Part shown: positions 19,064 through 28,116 of the stretch, piece after piece | Numbering within the stretch: position 1 is the first letter of the stretch | Layout: the number at the start of each line of letters is the position of its first letter | Assembly (NCBI GenBank): GCA_964590435.1 | Contig: CAZPWT010000008.1 | Span: forward strand, 83,880 to 147,879 | Reading direction: 5' to 3' | Origin: an uncultured Planctomycetia bacterium | GTDB taxonomy: Bacteria > Planctomycetota > MHYJ01 > WSZJ01 | Length of the DNA: 64,000 nt | Notes under the pieces: generated by a model | Seen by the model: only the letters and a program-made list of their open reading frames with translations | Databases searched by the model: none | Told to the model about the DNA's origin: nothing | Made by a program: the position numbers and the translations under genes

Positions 19064-20038
19064 CTACTTCTTCTCCCGCAGCCCCTCGAGTTCTGCCTCG
19101 ACGCTCCGGATGATCTCCGTGTTCTTCATGCCCGAGGCCATCGCGGCCTCGAGGTGTCGCTGGGCGTCGTCCAGTCGACCTTCGCAGACTGCTTTCGACC
19201 CGGCCAGGAAGCGCCCCTCCGACTTGCGCAGGCTGTCGATGTTCTCGATCGACCCCTTCGCTTCCGCGAGCAGGGCCTCCTCCGTCACGTCCCCGAGGAG
19301 AAACAGCCCATAGGACTCCACCCGATCTCCCCGGGGTTTCCTCCCTTTCAACCACTCCCGCAGCTCCCCGTCCGCCGCCTCCTTCTTCCCAAGCCGCGCC
19401 TTGAGGATCCAGATCCGCAGCCGCGTGTAGTCCTGCCCCTCGCTCTCCAGCGAAACGCTCTTCTCCAGGTCCGCCAGCGCGTCTTCCCATTCGCGAAGGT
19501 TGTAGAGGCAGAGGCCGCGGTTGAGGTAGGCGCGGGCGTAATTCGGGTTGAGCTGAAGGGCCATCGTGGCGTCCTTGAGGGCGCCGTCGGCATCGCCGTT
19601 GAGGCGCTTCGCGAACGACCGGTTGTTCCACGCGAGCGCCAGGTCGGGGTCGAGGCGCAGCGCGGCGTCGTAGGAAGCGATGGCGCCGGCGAGGTCGCCG
19701 GAGTCGGCCTTGGCGAGGCCGAGGTCGTTGTGGAGGCCGGCGTTTTCGGGGGCGAGGGTGAGAGCCTTGTCGAAGTCCTCGAGAGCGCCCTTGAGATCCC
19801 CAAGGCGTCGGCGTATCAACGCGCGGTTGTGCCACGCTGTGTCATCCAGGGGATCGGATTCGATCAGCCGGGTGCAAGCCTGCTCGGCCCGCTTGAGTCC
19901 GTCCGTGGAACACCTTTCCCAACTGCGGAGGGTGTGCGGCTCAGGGAGCGGATCGTCCGCGAACGCAGGAATCACCAGGGCCAGGACCACGAGGGCACGA
20001 AGCATGTCCCCATCATCCCCCGTGCCGTCCCTTTTCAT
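19064..20038 (-). CDS. Secreted TPR-repeat protein
   Basis: Several TPR units (AWHNRALIRRRLGDLKGALEDFDKAL, YNLREWEDALADLEKS); ATG 20038 preceded by an AG-rich tract; alternative start 20005 (MLRALVVLALVIPAFA). Confidence 0.7.
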   Translation of the reverse strand: MKRDGTGDDGDMLRALVVLALVIPAFADDPLPEPHTLRSWERCSTDGLKRAEQACTRLIESDPLDDTAWHNRALIRRRLGDLKGALEDFDKALTLAPENAGLHNDLGLAKADSGDLAGAIASYDAALRLDPDLALAWNNRSFAKRLNGDADGALKDATMALQLNPNYARAYLNRGLCLYNLREWEDALADLEKSVSLESEGQDYTRLRIWILKARLGKKEAADGELREWLKGRKPRGDRVESYGLFLLGDVTEEALLAEAKGSIENIDSLRKSEGRFLAGSKAVCEGRLDDAQRHLEAAMASGMKNTEIIRSVEAELEGLREKK

Positions 20039-20070
20039 TTTTCCTTTTTCCTTTTTCGTTTTTCCTTTCC
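20033..20070. repeat. Pyrimidine-rich TTTTTCC-type tandem tract (AG-rich on the minus strand)
   Basis: tttcatttttcctttttcctttttcgtttttcctttcc, in the divergent region between the TPR and PDZ genes; read on the minus strand it gives repeated GGAAAAA units upstream of the TPR start. Confidence 0.6.
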
Positions 20071-20139
20071 CGGCCGGTCTCCCCCCCACGTTCTCCCCCC
20101 TCGCCCGTAGTACCATGCGCTCCCCTCACTGGAGGTCGC

Positions 20140-21600
20140 ATGCGCCTTCTCGCCGCGCTGTTTGCTGCCGCCGTGCTCGCCCTCCCCGCTTCAGCCCAGA
20201 TGCCCCCCATGCCCGGCCAGGAGGGGACGGATGCGTTCAACCTGGGCGTCCTCGGGGCCGAAGGGCTCCCGATCAAGAAGCCGGACGAATCGCTGAAACT
20301 CCCGCGCGGGGCCGTCGCCATCAAGGTGACGAAAATTCTCGAGGGTGGTCCCGCGCTCGAGGCCGGCCTGGCGGCGGACGACCTGATCGTGGCCGTCGGC
20401 GGGCAGCCGATGACGACGAAGCACATGCTGGCGGTCTACCAGCTGGTGGCGGCGATGGAAGCGGTGTCGTCGACGAAGAAGGGGGAGACGACGCTGACGG
20501 TGATGAGGGACGGGAAGCCGGTGAACCTCAAGCTCAAGCTGCCGGCGCTGGGGCCGCACGGCGCGAACTGCCCGGTCGGGTGCGGGCGGTGCGAGAAGCT
20601 GGTGGACGACTCGCTGAAGATCCTGACGGGGCTGCAGGAAGCGGACGGGGCGTTCCCGATCGGGATCGGCGGGCAGAACGGGCGGGTGGCGGTGACGAGC
20701 CTGGCGGGGCTGGCGTTCCTGGCAAATGGGAGCACGACGAAGGAAGGGACCTACGCGGACAACGTGGCGCGGGCGGCGAAGTGGGTCGCGGAGCGGTGCG
20801 GGAAGGAAGAAGTGAACCCGTGGGGGCAGGAGCGGCCGAAGGGTGGCGCGAACTGGAACCAGACGAACTGGTCGCTGGGGTATGGGTGCCTGTTCCTGAG
20901 CGAGATCTACCGGCTGGACCCGACGCCGGAGCTGGAGCAGCGGCTGACGGAACTGATGCAGACGATCGAGAAGAACCAGGAGACGTCGGGGGGCTGGGCG
21001 CACGGCCCGGGCGGCCCCAACGCCTTGAACTACGTGGAGTTGCAGATCGTCGGGAATCTCGAGCTCGCCGCGCTGGGAGCCCTTCGCAAGGCCGGGTTCA
21101 AGCCGTCGCAGGAGGTGATCGACAAGGGCGTCGCCTACATGATTTCGACGTCGGGCGGCGACGGCGGGATCGGGTACAGCGCGAACCCCGGCCAGCAGGG
21201 GATGGGCGACCCGGGGCGGACGGCGCTGGGCGCCTGGGCGTTCGGGATGCTCGGCATGCAGTCCCACCCCTTCTATGCCAAGATGGGCTCGTACTTCAAG
21301 CGCACGATGGAAGACCTGCCGGGGGGCCACGTTTCGCCGATCATGCACTACACGTCGGCGTCGTTTGCGTGCATGCACCTCGGGGCGGCGTACTGGAAGG
21401 ACTTCATGGCGCTGTTCCGGCTCGAAATCCTCGCGGCGCGGCGGCCGGACGGGACGTTCAGCGCGCGGCCGACGGAGGAAACGGTGGCGATGCACAACAA
21501 CACCGACCGGGAGCTCGGGCCGGGCTGGACGACGGCGAGCTATGCGCTGATCATGCAGGTCCCCCGGGGGAAGCTGAAGATTCTTACCGGAATGAAGTAA
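20140..21600 (+). CDS. Secreted PDZ-domain protein with alpha/alpha-toroid-like C-terminal region
   Basis: GGAGG before ATG; signal peptide; PDZ-like block (VAIKVTKILEGGPALEAGLAADDLIVAVGGQPM); C-terminal region not confidently assigned. Confidence 0.7.
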   Translation: MRLLAALFAAAVLALPASAQMPPMPGQEGTDAFNLGVLGAEGLPIKKPDESLKLPRGAVAIKVTKILEGGPALEAGLAADDLIVAVGGQPMTTKHMLAVYQLVAAMEAVSSTKKGETTLTVMRDGKPVNLKLKLPALGPHGANCPVGCGRCEKLVDDSLKILTGLQEADGAFPIGIGGQNGRVAVTSLAGLAFLANGSTTKEGTYADNVARAAKWVAERCGKEEVNPWGQERPKGGANWNQTNWSLGYGCLFLSEIYRLDPTPELEQRLTELMQTIEKNQETSGGWAHGPGGPNALNYVELQIVGNLELAALGALRKAGFKPSQEVIDKGVAYMISTSGGDGGIGYSANPGQQGMGDPGRTALGAWAFGMLGMQSHPFYAKMGSYFKRTMEDLPGGHVSPIMHYTSASFACMHLGAAYWKDFMALFRLEILAARRPDGTFSARPTEETVAMHNNTDRELGPGWTTASYALIMQVPRGKLKILTGMK

Positions 21601-21737
21601 CTCATTATCCTGAAGCACTTTCCGGCCCGGAGGAACCCCCCTCCGGGCTTTTTTTTCTTCCCTTAAGCTCCTTAATTCGCGATGTTGGGGGAATGTTCAC
21701 CCGCCCTTTTGCCGTTATACAGGGCAGGAGAGACTCC

Positions 21738-22058
21738 ATGAGAAACCTTCATCCGGTCCCCGACAGCATCGTCGCCAAGATCCAGACGTTCCTTCTCCAG
21801 CCCATTCCGCCGAACGGGTCGCAGTTCCGGCGTAAATGGGAAGACCAGTGCCGCTCCCTCCCTCCGGGAGCCGACGAGGTCCTCCTGGAGACGCTTCGTC
21901 GCGGAACCCCCGCCGAGCAGGACTCGGCGCTGATCGCGCTCCGCAGCCTCGGCTGGGACGTGATGGAACGCGGCGAGATCGGCGAGAAGACCTACATGCT
22001 CCGCCGCCGCGGCGAGAAGGAATGGCAGAGCATCCGCCCGATGCTGCAGCTCGACTGA
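21738..22058 (+). CDS. Small hypothetical protein
   Basis: ATG 21738 preceded by GGAGAG; 106 aa; alternative in-frame ATG at 21693. Confidence 0.4.
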   Translation: MRNLHPVPDSIVAKIQTFLLQPIPPNGSQFRRKWEDQCRSLPPGADEVLLETLRRGTPAEQDSALIALRSLGWDVMERGEIGEKTYMLRRRGEKEWQSIRPMLQLD

Positions 22059-22165
22059 TTCCGGAAGCGCGCTTCCACGAGGGCCGGGGCCGATGCTCCG
22101 GCCCTTTTCTTTTTGGCCGCCCGTTCCTGTAAGATGCGCTCCCCCTCGCCTTGCGGAGTTTCCAC

Positions 22166-23422
22166 GTGAAGCGCTTCTCATTCCTTGTCGCTTCCCTGTT
22201 CCTTCCGGCGGTTGTCTTTGCGCAGGCGGCCAAGCCCGTCGAGGCGCTGACGGCGGCGGAGTCGAAGGAGGCGGAGGCGGCGATCAAGGCGTATTTCGAG
22301 GGGAAGACGGATGCGGACCGCGACGCGGCGGTGGCGCGGATGGCGGCGATCGATCACCCGTCGAAGTCGGACCTCGGGAAGATGTCTGCGAAGGCGTTCC
22401 AGTGGACGAAGGCAGGGCCGCGGCTGGCGGAGAAACCGAAGGTGACGTGCACGGACCCGGAGCATGCGGGGGAGTTCGAGATCCAGGTGGCGTCGGGCGC
22501 GAAGAAAGGGACGCCGACGGGGGTGTGCATCATCCTGCACGGCGGCGGCGCGGGGGTCGGGGACAGCGGGCAGATCCGGTCGCTGCTGGGCGCGCCGGCG
22601 CCGGGGATGACGCACGTCTGGCCGACGGTGATCGAGAAGACGGACTCGGCGTGGAACACGGAGCGCGAGGAGCAGTACGTGCTCGCGATCCTGGAGGACC
22701 TGAAGCGCACGTATGCGGTGGATACGAATCGCGTGTACATCGCGGGGCACTCGATGGGCGGCTACGGGACGTGGTCGATCGGCCCGAGGCACGCGGACCT
22801 GTTCGCGGCCGGTGCGGCGATGGCGGGCGGGATTTTCGTCGGCGGCAAGGACGGCGACGGGAAGCTGATCATCCAGAGCGGGATCCTCCCGAACCTGAAG
22901 AACCTCCCGTTCTGGTTCTACAACTCGACGGACGACCAGCAGGTGCGGCCGGACAGCTCGATCCGCGCGGCGGAACTCCTCGAGGGGATGAAGAAGGACT
23001 ATGGCGCCTTCGATTTCGTGTTCAAGAAGTACGACAACATCGGGCACGGGCTCCCGAAGGAAGGGTGCTCCGAGATCTGGAAGTTCATGTTCGCGAAGAA
23101 GCGCGACCCGCTGCCCAAGCGCGTGATGTGGGAGCCGTCGCGGACCTACAAGACCGACTTCTACTGGATCCATGCCTCGGGTGGCGGCACCTTCGACGTG
23201 GAGCGCGACGGGAACAAGTTCACGGTGCGTGGCAGCACGGCGGTCTCGATCTACGTGAATGAGAAGATGATCAAGTTCGACCAGCCGGTGATCGTCGTGG
23301 ACGGAAGCGGGAAGGAACTCTTCAACGGCACGGTCAAGCCCTCCCTGGCCGTGATGCTCGACTCGATCGGCAAGCGCAAGGACCCGGAGATGTGGTTCAC
23401 CGCAAAGGTCGACCTTAAATAA
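22166..23422 (+). CDS. Secreted alpha/beta-hydrolase fold esterase
   Basis: GTG start after GGAG; signal peptide; nucleophile elbow GHSMGGYG; ILHGGG block. Confidence 0.7.
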   Translation: MKRFSFLVASLFLPAVVFAQAAKPVEALTAAESKEAEAAIKAYFEGKTDADRDAAVARMAAIDHPSKSDLGKMSAKAFQWTKAGPRLAEKPKVTCTDPEHAGEFEIQVASGAKKGTPTGVCIILHGGGAGVGDSGQIRSLLGAPAPGMTHVWPTVIEKTDSAWNTEREEQYVLAILEDLKRTYAVDTNRVYIAGHSMGGYGTWSIGPRHADLFAAGAAMAGGIFVGGKDGDGKLIIQSGILPNLKNLPFWFYNSTDDQQVRPDSSIRAAELLEGMKKDYGAFDFVFKKYDNIGHGLPKEGCSEIWKFMFAKKRDPLPKRVMWEPSRTYKTDFYWIHASGGGTFDVERDGNKFTVRGSTAVSIYVNEKMIKFDQPVIVVDGSGKELFNGTVKPSLAVMLDSIGKRKDPEMWFTAKVDLK

Positions 23423-23424
23423 CG

Positions 23425-23485
23425 CCCTTTCCCTTTCCCTTTCCCTTGCCCTCCCTCGCAACCCGCAACCCGCAACTCGCAACTC
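23425..23485. repeat. Microsatellite-like tandem repeats (CCCTTT)n and (CNCGCAA)4
   Basis: ccctttccctttcccttgccctccctcgcaacccgcaacccgcaactcgcaactccccc in the intergenic region between the two esterase genes. Confidence 0.6.
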
Positions 23486-23515
23486 CCCCCCGCACGCGCC
23501 AGCTACCATACCCTC

Positions 23516-25117
23516 ATGCTCCGCACCTTCTTCACGCTGGCCGCTCTCGCCAACCTTGCTCTCGCGCAGGACCCGGGTCCGAAAATCACCGAGCCGATCG
23601 CCGTCGACGGCGGTCAAATCGGCGGCGGCGAAGAATCGCCGATGGGCGGCTCGCGGGCGTGGAAAGGAATCCCCTACGCCGCTCCCCCCGTCGGCCCGTT
23701 GCGCTGGAAGCCGCCGCAGCCCGTCCCGCCCTGGCAGGGCCTTCTCATCTGCTCCGACCTCGGCCCCGCCTGCCCCCAGCCCGCCACCGCCCTCGCGCTT
23801 CCCCTCCAGCTCAACACCCAGGCCGAGGACTGCCTGCGCCTGAACATCTGGAGCCCGGCGAAGCGCGTGACGGACCGGGTGCCGGTGCTCGTCTGGATCC
23901 ACGGGACGTGCGGCGGATTCGCGCGCGGGTCGGCGGGTGAGCCGGTGTACGAGGGCGAAGTCCTCGCGCGGCGCGGCGTGGTCGTCGTGACGTTCAACTA
24001 CAGGCTCGGCGTGCTGGGCTGGCTCGCGCACCCGGCGCTGTCGAAGGAATCCCCCGACAAGCTCTCCGGCAACTACGGCCTGCAGGACCAGATCGCGGCG
24101 CTGGAGTGGGTGAAGCGGAACATCGCGAAGTTCGGCGGGGACCCGGACCGGGTGACGCTCGGCGGACAGTCGGGCGGCGCGGCGTGCGTCGCGGCACTCA
24201 TGGTGTCCCCTCGCGCGAAGGGACTGTTCCACCGGGCGATCCTGCAGGGCGGCGGCCCGAGCTGGGTCCGCCGCCGCCTCCGCGGCGACGCGGCCTCGGG
24301 CGAGGCCCAGGGAGAGGCGCTTCTTGCCGCGCTGAACGTCGCGAGCGGCCCGGCCAACGCGCTCGATATCCTGAGGTCGCGCTCCCTCGAGGAGCTGTTC
24401 GCGGCGGCGAAGACGGCGGAAGGGCCGTTCTCGGAGGGAGAGCAGTGGGGGCCGCTGGTCGACGGCGCGTTCCTCACGGACGACCCGTGGACGCTCTGGC
24501 ATTCGGGGAAGCAGGCCGACGTGCCCGTGCTCTGCGGCGGCAACGCCGAGGACGGGTCGATCTTTCCGCTTCCCAGGGGCGTGGTCGACGTGTGGCAGTA
24601 CAAGGACTGGCTCAAGGCGGCGTTCCCGGGCGACCCGGCGGCGATCGCGGCGGCGTACGCGCCGAAGCTGCGCGACGACGTCCCGCGGACCGTCTCCGAC
24701 CTGACCTCCGACGCGCTCGCCGTGGAGCCCGCGCGCTTCGCCGCCCGCGCCCAGACGGCGCTCGGCCGGAAGGCGTTCCTCTACGTCTTCACGCGCGTGT
24801 CGCCGGGGGCGGAGAAGCGGAAGATCGGCGCGTTCCACGGCGCGGAGACGGCGTACGTGTTCGGCAACATGGCGGGCGCCGTCGGGCTCGACGAGGTGGA
24901 CCGGCAGCTCGCGCAGAAGCTGTGCGACGCGTGGGCGCAGTTCGTGAAGACCGGCGACCCAAACGTCCCCGACCGCGTCGACTGGCCGGCGTACGACCCG
25001 AAGACCGACGCCTGGCTCGAGGCCGGCGACGACCTGCGCGTCACGAAGGAGTACCGCAAGGCGCGGCTCGACGCGCTCGCCGCGGCGCACGAGAAGGAGG
25101 CGGCGCCGCCCAAGTAG
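23516..25117 (+). CDS. Carboxylesterase type B family (para-nitrobenzyl esterase-like)
   Basis: Signal peptide; GGESPMGG..WKGIPYAAPPVGPLRW, CLRLNIWSP and GGQSGGAA are carboxylesterase-B hallmarks. Confidence 0.8.
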   Translation: MLRTFFTLAALANLALAQDPGPKITEPIAVDGGQIGGGEESPMGGSRAWKGIPYAAPPVGPLRWKPPQPVPPWQGLLICSDLGPACPQPATALALPLQLNTQAEDCLRLNIWSPAKRVTDRVPVLVWIHGTCGGFARGSAGEPVYEGEVLARRGVVVVTFNYRLGVLGWLAHPALSKESPDKLSGNYGLQDQIAALEWVKRNIAKFGGDPDRVTLGGQSGGAACVAALMVSPRAKGLFHRAILQGGGPSWVRRRLRGDAASGEAQGEALLAALNVASGPANALDILRSRSLEELFAAAKTAEGPFSEGEQWGPLVDGAFLTDDPWTLWHSGKQADVPVLCGGNAEDGSIFPLPRGVVDVWQYKDWLKAAFPGDPAAIAAAYAPKLRDDVPRTVSDLTSDALAVEPARFAARAQTALGRKAFLYVFTRVSPGAEKRKIGAFHGAETAYVFGNMAGAVGLDEVDRQLAQKLCDAWAQFVKTGDPNVPDRVDWPAYDPKTDAWLEAGDDLRVTKEYRKARLDALAAAHEKEAAPPK

Positions 25118-25130
25118 CGGCCCGGACCCC

Positions 25131-26735
25131 ATGCGACTGCGCCTCGCCCTCCTGCTCTTCCTCGCCTCCACGACCGCCGCCGAGGAGCCGTTGCGCGACC
25201 GCTGGATCTACGTCTCGCGCAACCTCTGGGTCGACAAGAACGTCGACGAGGTGGAAGCGCTGTTCCGGCGCGCGGCGGCGGCGGGCTACAACGGCGTGCT
25301 GCTGTCGGACTCGAAGTTCTCGCGGCTGGAGGACATGGACAAGCGGTACTTCGCGAACGTCGACCGCCTGAAGAAGGTGGCGGCGGAGCTGAAGCTGGAG
25401 ATCGTGCCGGCGGTGTTCCCGATCGGGTACTCCGAGGGACTGCTGTCGCGAGACCCCGATCTCGCCGAGGGGCTGCCGGTGCGGGACGCGCTGTTCGTGG
25501 TAAAGAACGGCGAGGCGCGGGTGGAAGCGGACCCGGCCCTGGCGCTGAAGGGCGGCGACATGGCCGACCTGAAGGCCTGGGACTGGAAGGACGAGACGGT
25601 CGTGGCGGAAGACGGCGAGGCGAGAGTGACGGACCCGAAGGGAAAGAACGCGCGGATCGTGCAGAAGGTCAAGGTCGCGCCGTGGCGCCAGTACCACATC
25701 TCGGTGCGCGTGAAGACCGAGAACTTCCGCGGCGAGCCGCGCGTCGCCGTGCTCGCGGGCGAGCGGTCGCTCAACCACGCAAACCTCGGCGCCAAGCCGA
25801 CGCAGGACTGGACGACGCACCACGTCGTCTTCAACTCGCTCGACGCGACCGAAGTCGGCGTCTACCTCGGCGCCTGGGGCGCGGATACCGGCTCGCTCTG
25901 GTGGGACGACGCGACGATCGAGGAAGCGGGCCCGGTGAATCTCGTCCGCCGCGAAGGCGCCCCGCTCATCGTCACCGCCGACGGCGGCCTCCCCCTCGCC
26001 GAGGGCAAGGACTTCGAGCCGCTCACCGACCCGAAGATGGGCACGGTCCCCTGGCGCGGCGGCTTCGAGGTCTGGCACGAGCCCCCCGCCCTCAAGACCA
26101 GCCTCAAGGAAGGCACCCGCCTCCGCGTCTCGTACTTCCACGCCCTCACCGTCCACGACGGCCAGGTCATGGTCTGCCCTTCAGAGCCCAAAACCCTCGA
26201 TCTCCTCCGCGACCAGATGAAGCGCGTCCACGCCGCGTTCGGAGCGAAGGCCTACTTCATGTCCCACGACGAGATCCGCGTCATGGGCTGGGACGACTCC
26301 TGCGCCAAGCGCGGCCTCGACGCCGGCGCGATCCTCGCGGACAACGTGAAGGCCTGCACGAAGATCGTCCGCGACGTCGCCCCCGGCGCCCGCATTTTCG
26401 TCTGGAGCGACATGTTCGACCCGCACCACAACGCCCACGCGAACTACTACCTCGTGAAGGGCGACCTCAAGGGCTCCTGGGAGGGCCTCGACAAGGACGT
26501 GATCGTCGCCTGCTGGTATTTCGACAAGCGCGCCGAGAGTCTCAAGTTCTTCGCCGACCGCGGGCACAAGACGCTCATCGCCGGCTACTACGACGCGAAC
26601 CCGAAGCAGATCCTGAAATGGCTGGAGGCGGGCAAGGCCGCCGGCGGAGTCGAAGGCGCGATGTACACGACGTGGGAGAACAAGTACGAGGACATGGAGG
26701 AGTTCGGGGCGCTGCTCGGTAAGTCGGGTCGGTAG
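25131..26735 (+). CDS. Secreted hypothetical protein, possibly glycoside-hydrolase-like
   Basis: Signal peptide MRLRLALLLFLASTTAA; 534 aa; function inferred only from context next to hydrolases. Confidence 0.55.
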   Translation: MRLRLALLLFLASTTAAEEPLRDRWIYVSRNLWVDKNVDEVEALFRRAAAAGYNGVLLSDSKFSRLEDMDKRYFANVDRLKKVAAELKLEIVPAVFPIGYSEGLLSRDPDLAEGLPVRDALFVVKNGEARVEADPALALKGGDMADLKAWDWKDETVVAEDGEARVTDPKGKNARIVQKVKVAPWRQYHISVRVKTENFRGEPRVAVLAGERSLNHANLGAKPTQDWTTHHVVFNSLDATEVGVYLGAWGADTGSLWWDDATIEEAGPVNLVRREGAPLIVTADGGLPLAEGKDFEPLTDPKMGTVPWRGGFEVWHEPPALKTSLKEGTRLRVSYFHALTVHDGQVMVCPSEPKTLDLLRDQMKRVHAAFGAKAYFMSHDEIRVMGWDDSCAKRGLDAGAILADNVKACTKIVRDVAPGARIFVWSDMFDPHHNAHANYYLVKGDLKGSWEGLDKDVIVACWYFDKRAESLKFFADRGHKTLIAGYYDANPKQILKWLEAGKAAGGVEGAMYTTWENKYEDMEEFGALLGKSGR

Positions 26736-26776
26736 CTGGTGGTCAGTGGTTGGTGGTCAGTGGTAACGACGACGAA

Positions 26777-26805
26777 AACGGCCACGAGGAGCCCTCGTGG
26801 CCGTT
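26777..26805. terminator. Hairpin, probable bidirectional intrinsic terminator
   Basis: Perfect 13-bp stem AACGGCCACGAGG / CCTCGTGGCCGTT with 3-nt loop, T-rich flank on both strands, at a convergent gene junction. Confidence 0.5.
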
Positions 26806-26862
26806 CTTGTCTCGCGTTTGGATCGGGCCTTGCCCGTCCACCAACCACCGACCACCGACTCC

Positions 26863-27162
26863 CTACCCCTTTTCCGGCCCTCTCGACCCGAGCTCGCGAT
26901 CGATCTCGAGCAGCGCCACGGGATCGTTCTTGATGAGATTGAACTTCGCGACAATGTCCCTCGCCGACTTCTCTTCCTCCACCTGCTCCGTCAGGAACCA
27001 CTGCAGCTCGACCATCAGCGAGAGCGCCTTTTCCTTCTGCGCCAGCTCGTACAGCGCGTCGATCCGCTTCGAAACGCTCAGTTCCTGCGCCAGCGCCGCT
27101 TCGAAGACTTCCTGCATCCCCTTGAACTTCACCTTCGGCTCCGGGATCGCGTTCAGCTTCAC
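26863..27162 (-). pseudogene. Truncated 3-prime copy of the ferritin gene (about 100 C-terminal codons, diverged)
   Basis: About 95% identical at DNA level to 28123..28435 (ferritin C-terminus) with a few amino-acid substitutions; lacks the N-terminal half of ferritin. Confidence 0.6.
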
Positions 27163-27175
27163 GCCGCCGCCGCGG

Positions 27176-27871
27176 TTATGGTCTGAGTTGCCTCTGGCAC
27201 CATCGGAGCGTCTCCCTCAGGCTCTCCACATAGTGGTCCGAGTCAGGAGACTCCGCCCGCGGGCAAGTCTCCGAGGTCTCCCATTTCAGGTCCTTCAGAA
27301 TCTCCTCGAGAACCCCGCAATACAGCCCGATCCAGTCCGGGTCCTTCCACGCATCCAGTACTTCGAGCGCCTTCTCCACCAGGACATCGAGCAACTGCCG
27401 GTGCCGGTCCACATCCACGACGAAGCCTTCAACCATCAGGCATGTCGTGCACTCGTGGCCGAATTGGTCGATCTGGATGTCCGTCATCGGAATCTCGAAG
27501 TTGCGGGCCCTACCGACGTAGTCGAGCAGGAAGACTTCGAACCGAGCAGGTCCTTCCTTTCGATTCCCCAGAAGCCAAAGCATGTGGGTACAGACGCGCT
27601 GGATATGGAAGATCTCCGAGCCTTCATCGAGAGCTTCGATCAGGCGGCGCCCGGACTTGAAATCCACGTCGTTCTCGCCCTGCAACTGCGGCTCGAGCGC
27701 AGCCAGCTCCAGCAGAAGCCTCTGAATTCGCTGGTCTTGTTCGAACTGGAAGTGCGTTTCGCGATAGTCGCCCCACGCATCGGACTTCGTAGGAGTGCGC
27801 TGAATGTCCGCGCAACCGGCAGATACCAGCGAGATTGCAACCAGGAACAGTCGTGTTGAGCACACGTTCAT
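27176..27871 (-). CDS. Hypothetical lipoprotein encoded in a low-GC island
   Basis: MNVCSTRLFLVAISLVSAGC lipobox; perfect AAGGAGG Shine-Dalgarno 6 nt before ATG; GC visibly lower than flanking DNA. Confidence 0.65.
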   Translation of the reverse strand: MNVCSTRLFLVAISLVSAGCADIQRTPTKSDAWGDYRETHFQFEQDQRIQRLLLELAALEPQLQGENDVDFKSGRRLIEALDEGSEIFHIQRVCTHMLWLLGNRKEGPARFEVFLLDYVGRARNFEIPMTDIQIDQFGHECTTCLMVEGFVVDVDRHRQLLDVLVEKALEVLDAWKDPDWIGLYCGVLEEILKDLKWETSETCPRAESPDSDHYVESLRETLRWCQRQLRP

Positions 27872-28033
27872 CCGTTGCCTCCTTGGGAACTCCCACAGTG
27901 GGAGAGACCGCCAAGTAGCCCGTTAGTGGCGTTCGACGCGGAGGGCGCCGCAAGTACCTCCTCCGGCGTCAGCCGCTCGATTCGGATCTGCCGGGACATG
28001 TCTAGTCTCCCCACGCACCGCCGAACAGAGAAA

Positions 28034-28064
28034 CGGCCACGAGGTTCACTCGTGGCCGAATTTT
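28034..28064. terminator. Hairpin terminator downstream of ferritin
   Basis: 10-bp stem CGGCCACGAG / CTCGTGGCCG with 5-nt loop, followed by AATTTT on plus and TTTCTCTGTT on minus. Confidence 0.5.
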
Positions 28065-28116
28065 CCGTGCGTGTTGTCTTGGCCTTTCCTGGCCGCCGGC
28101 CGCTGGCAACTCGCCA

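Noticed and set aside
26863-28064. Mobile genetic element (IS or transposon) carrying the low-GC lipoprotein gene
   Set aside because: No transposase, integrase or terminal inverted repeats; the flanking repeat is a diverged ferritin fragment about 310 bp long, far too long for a target-site duplication. Reported as a compositional island instead.
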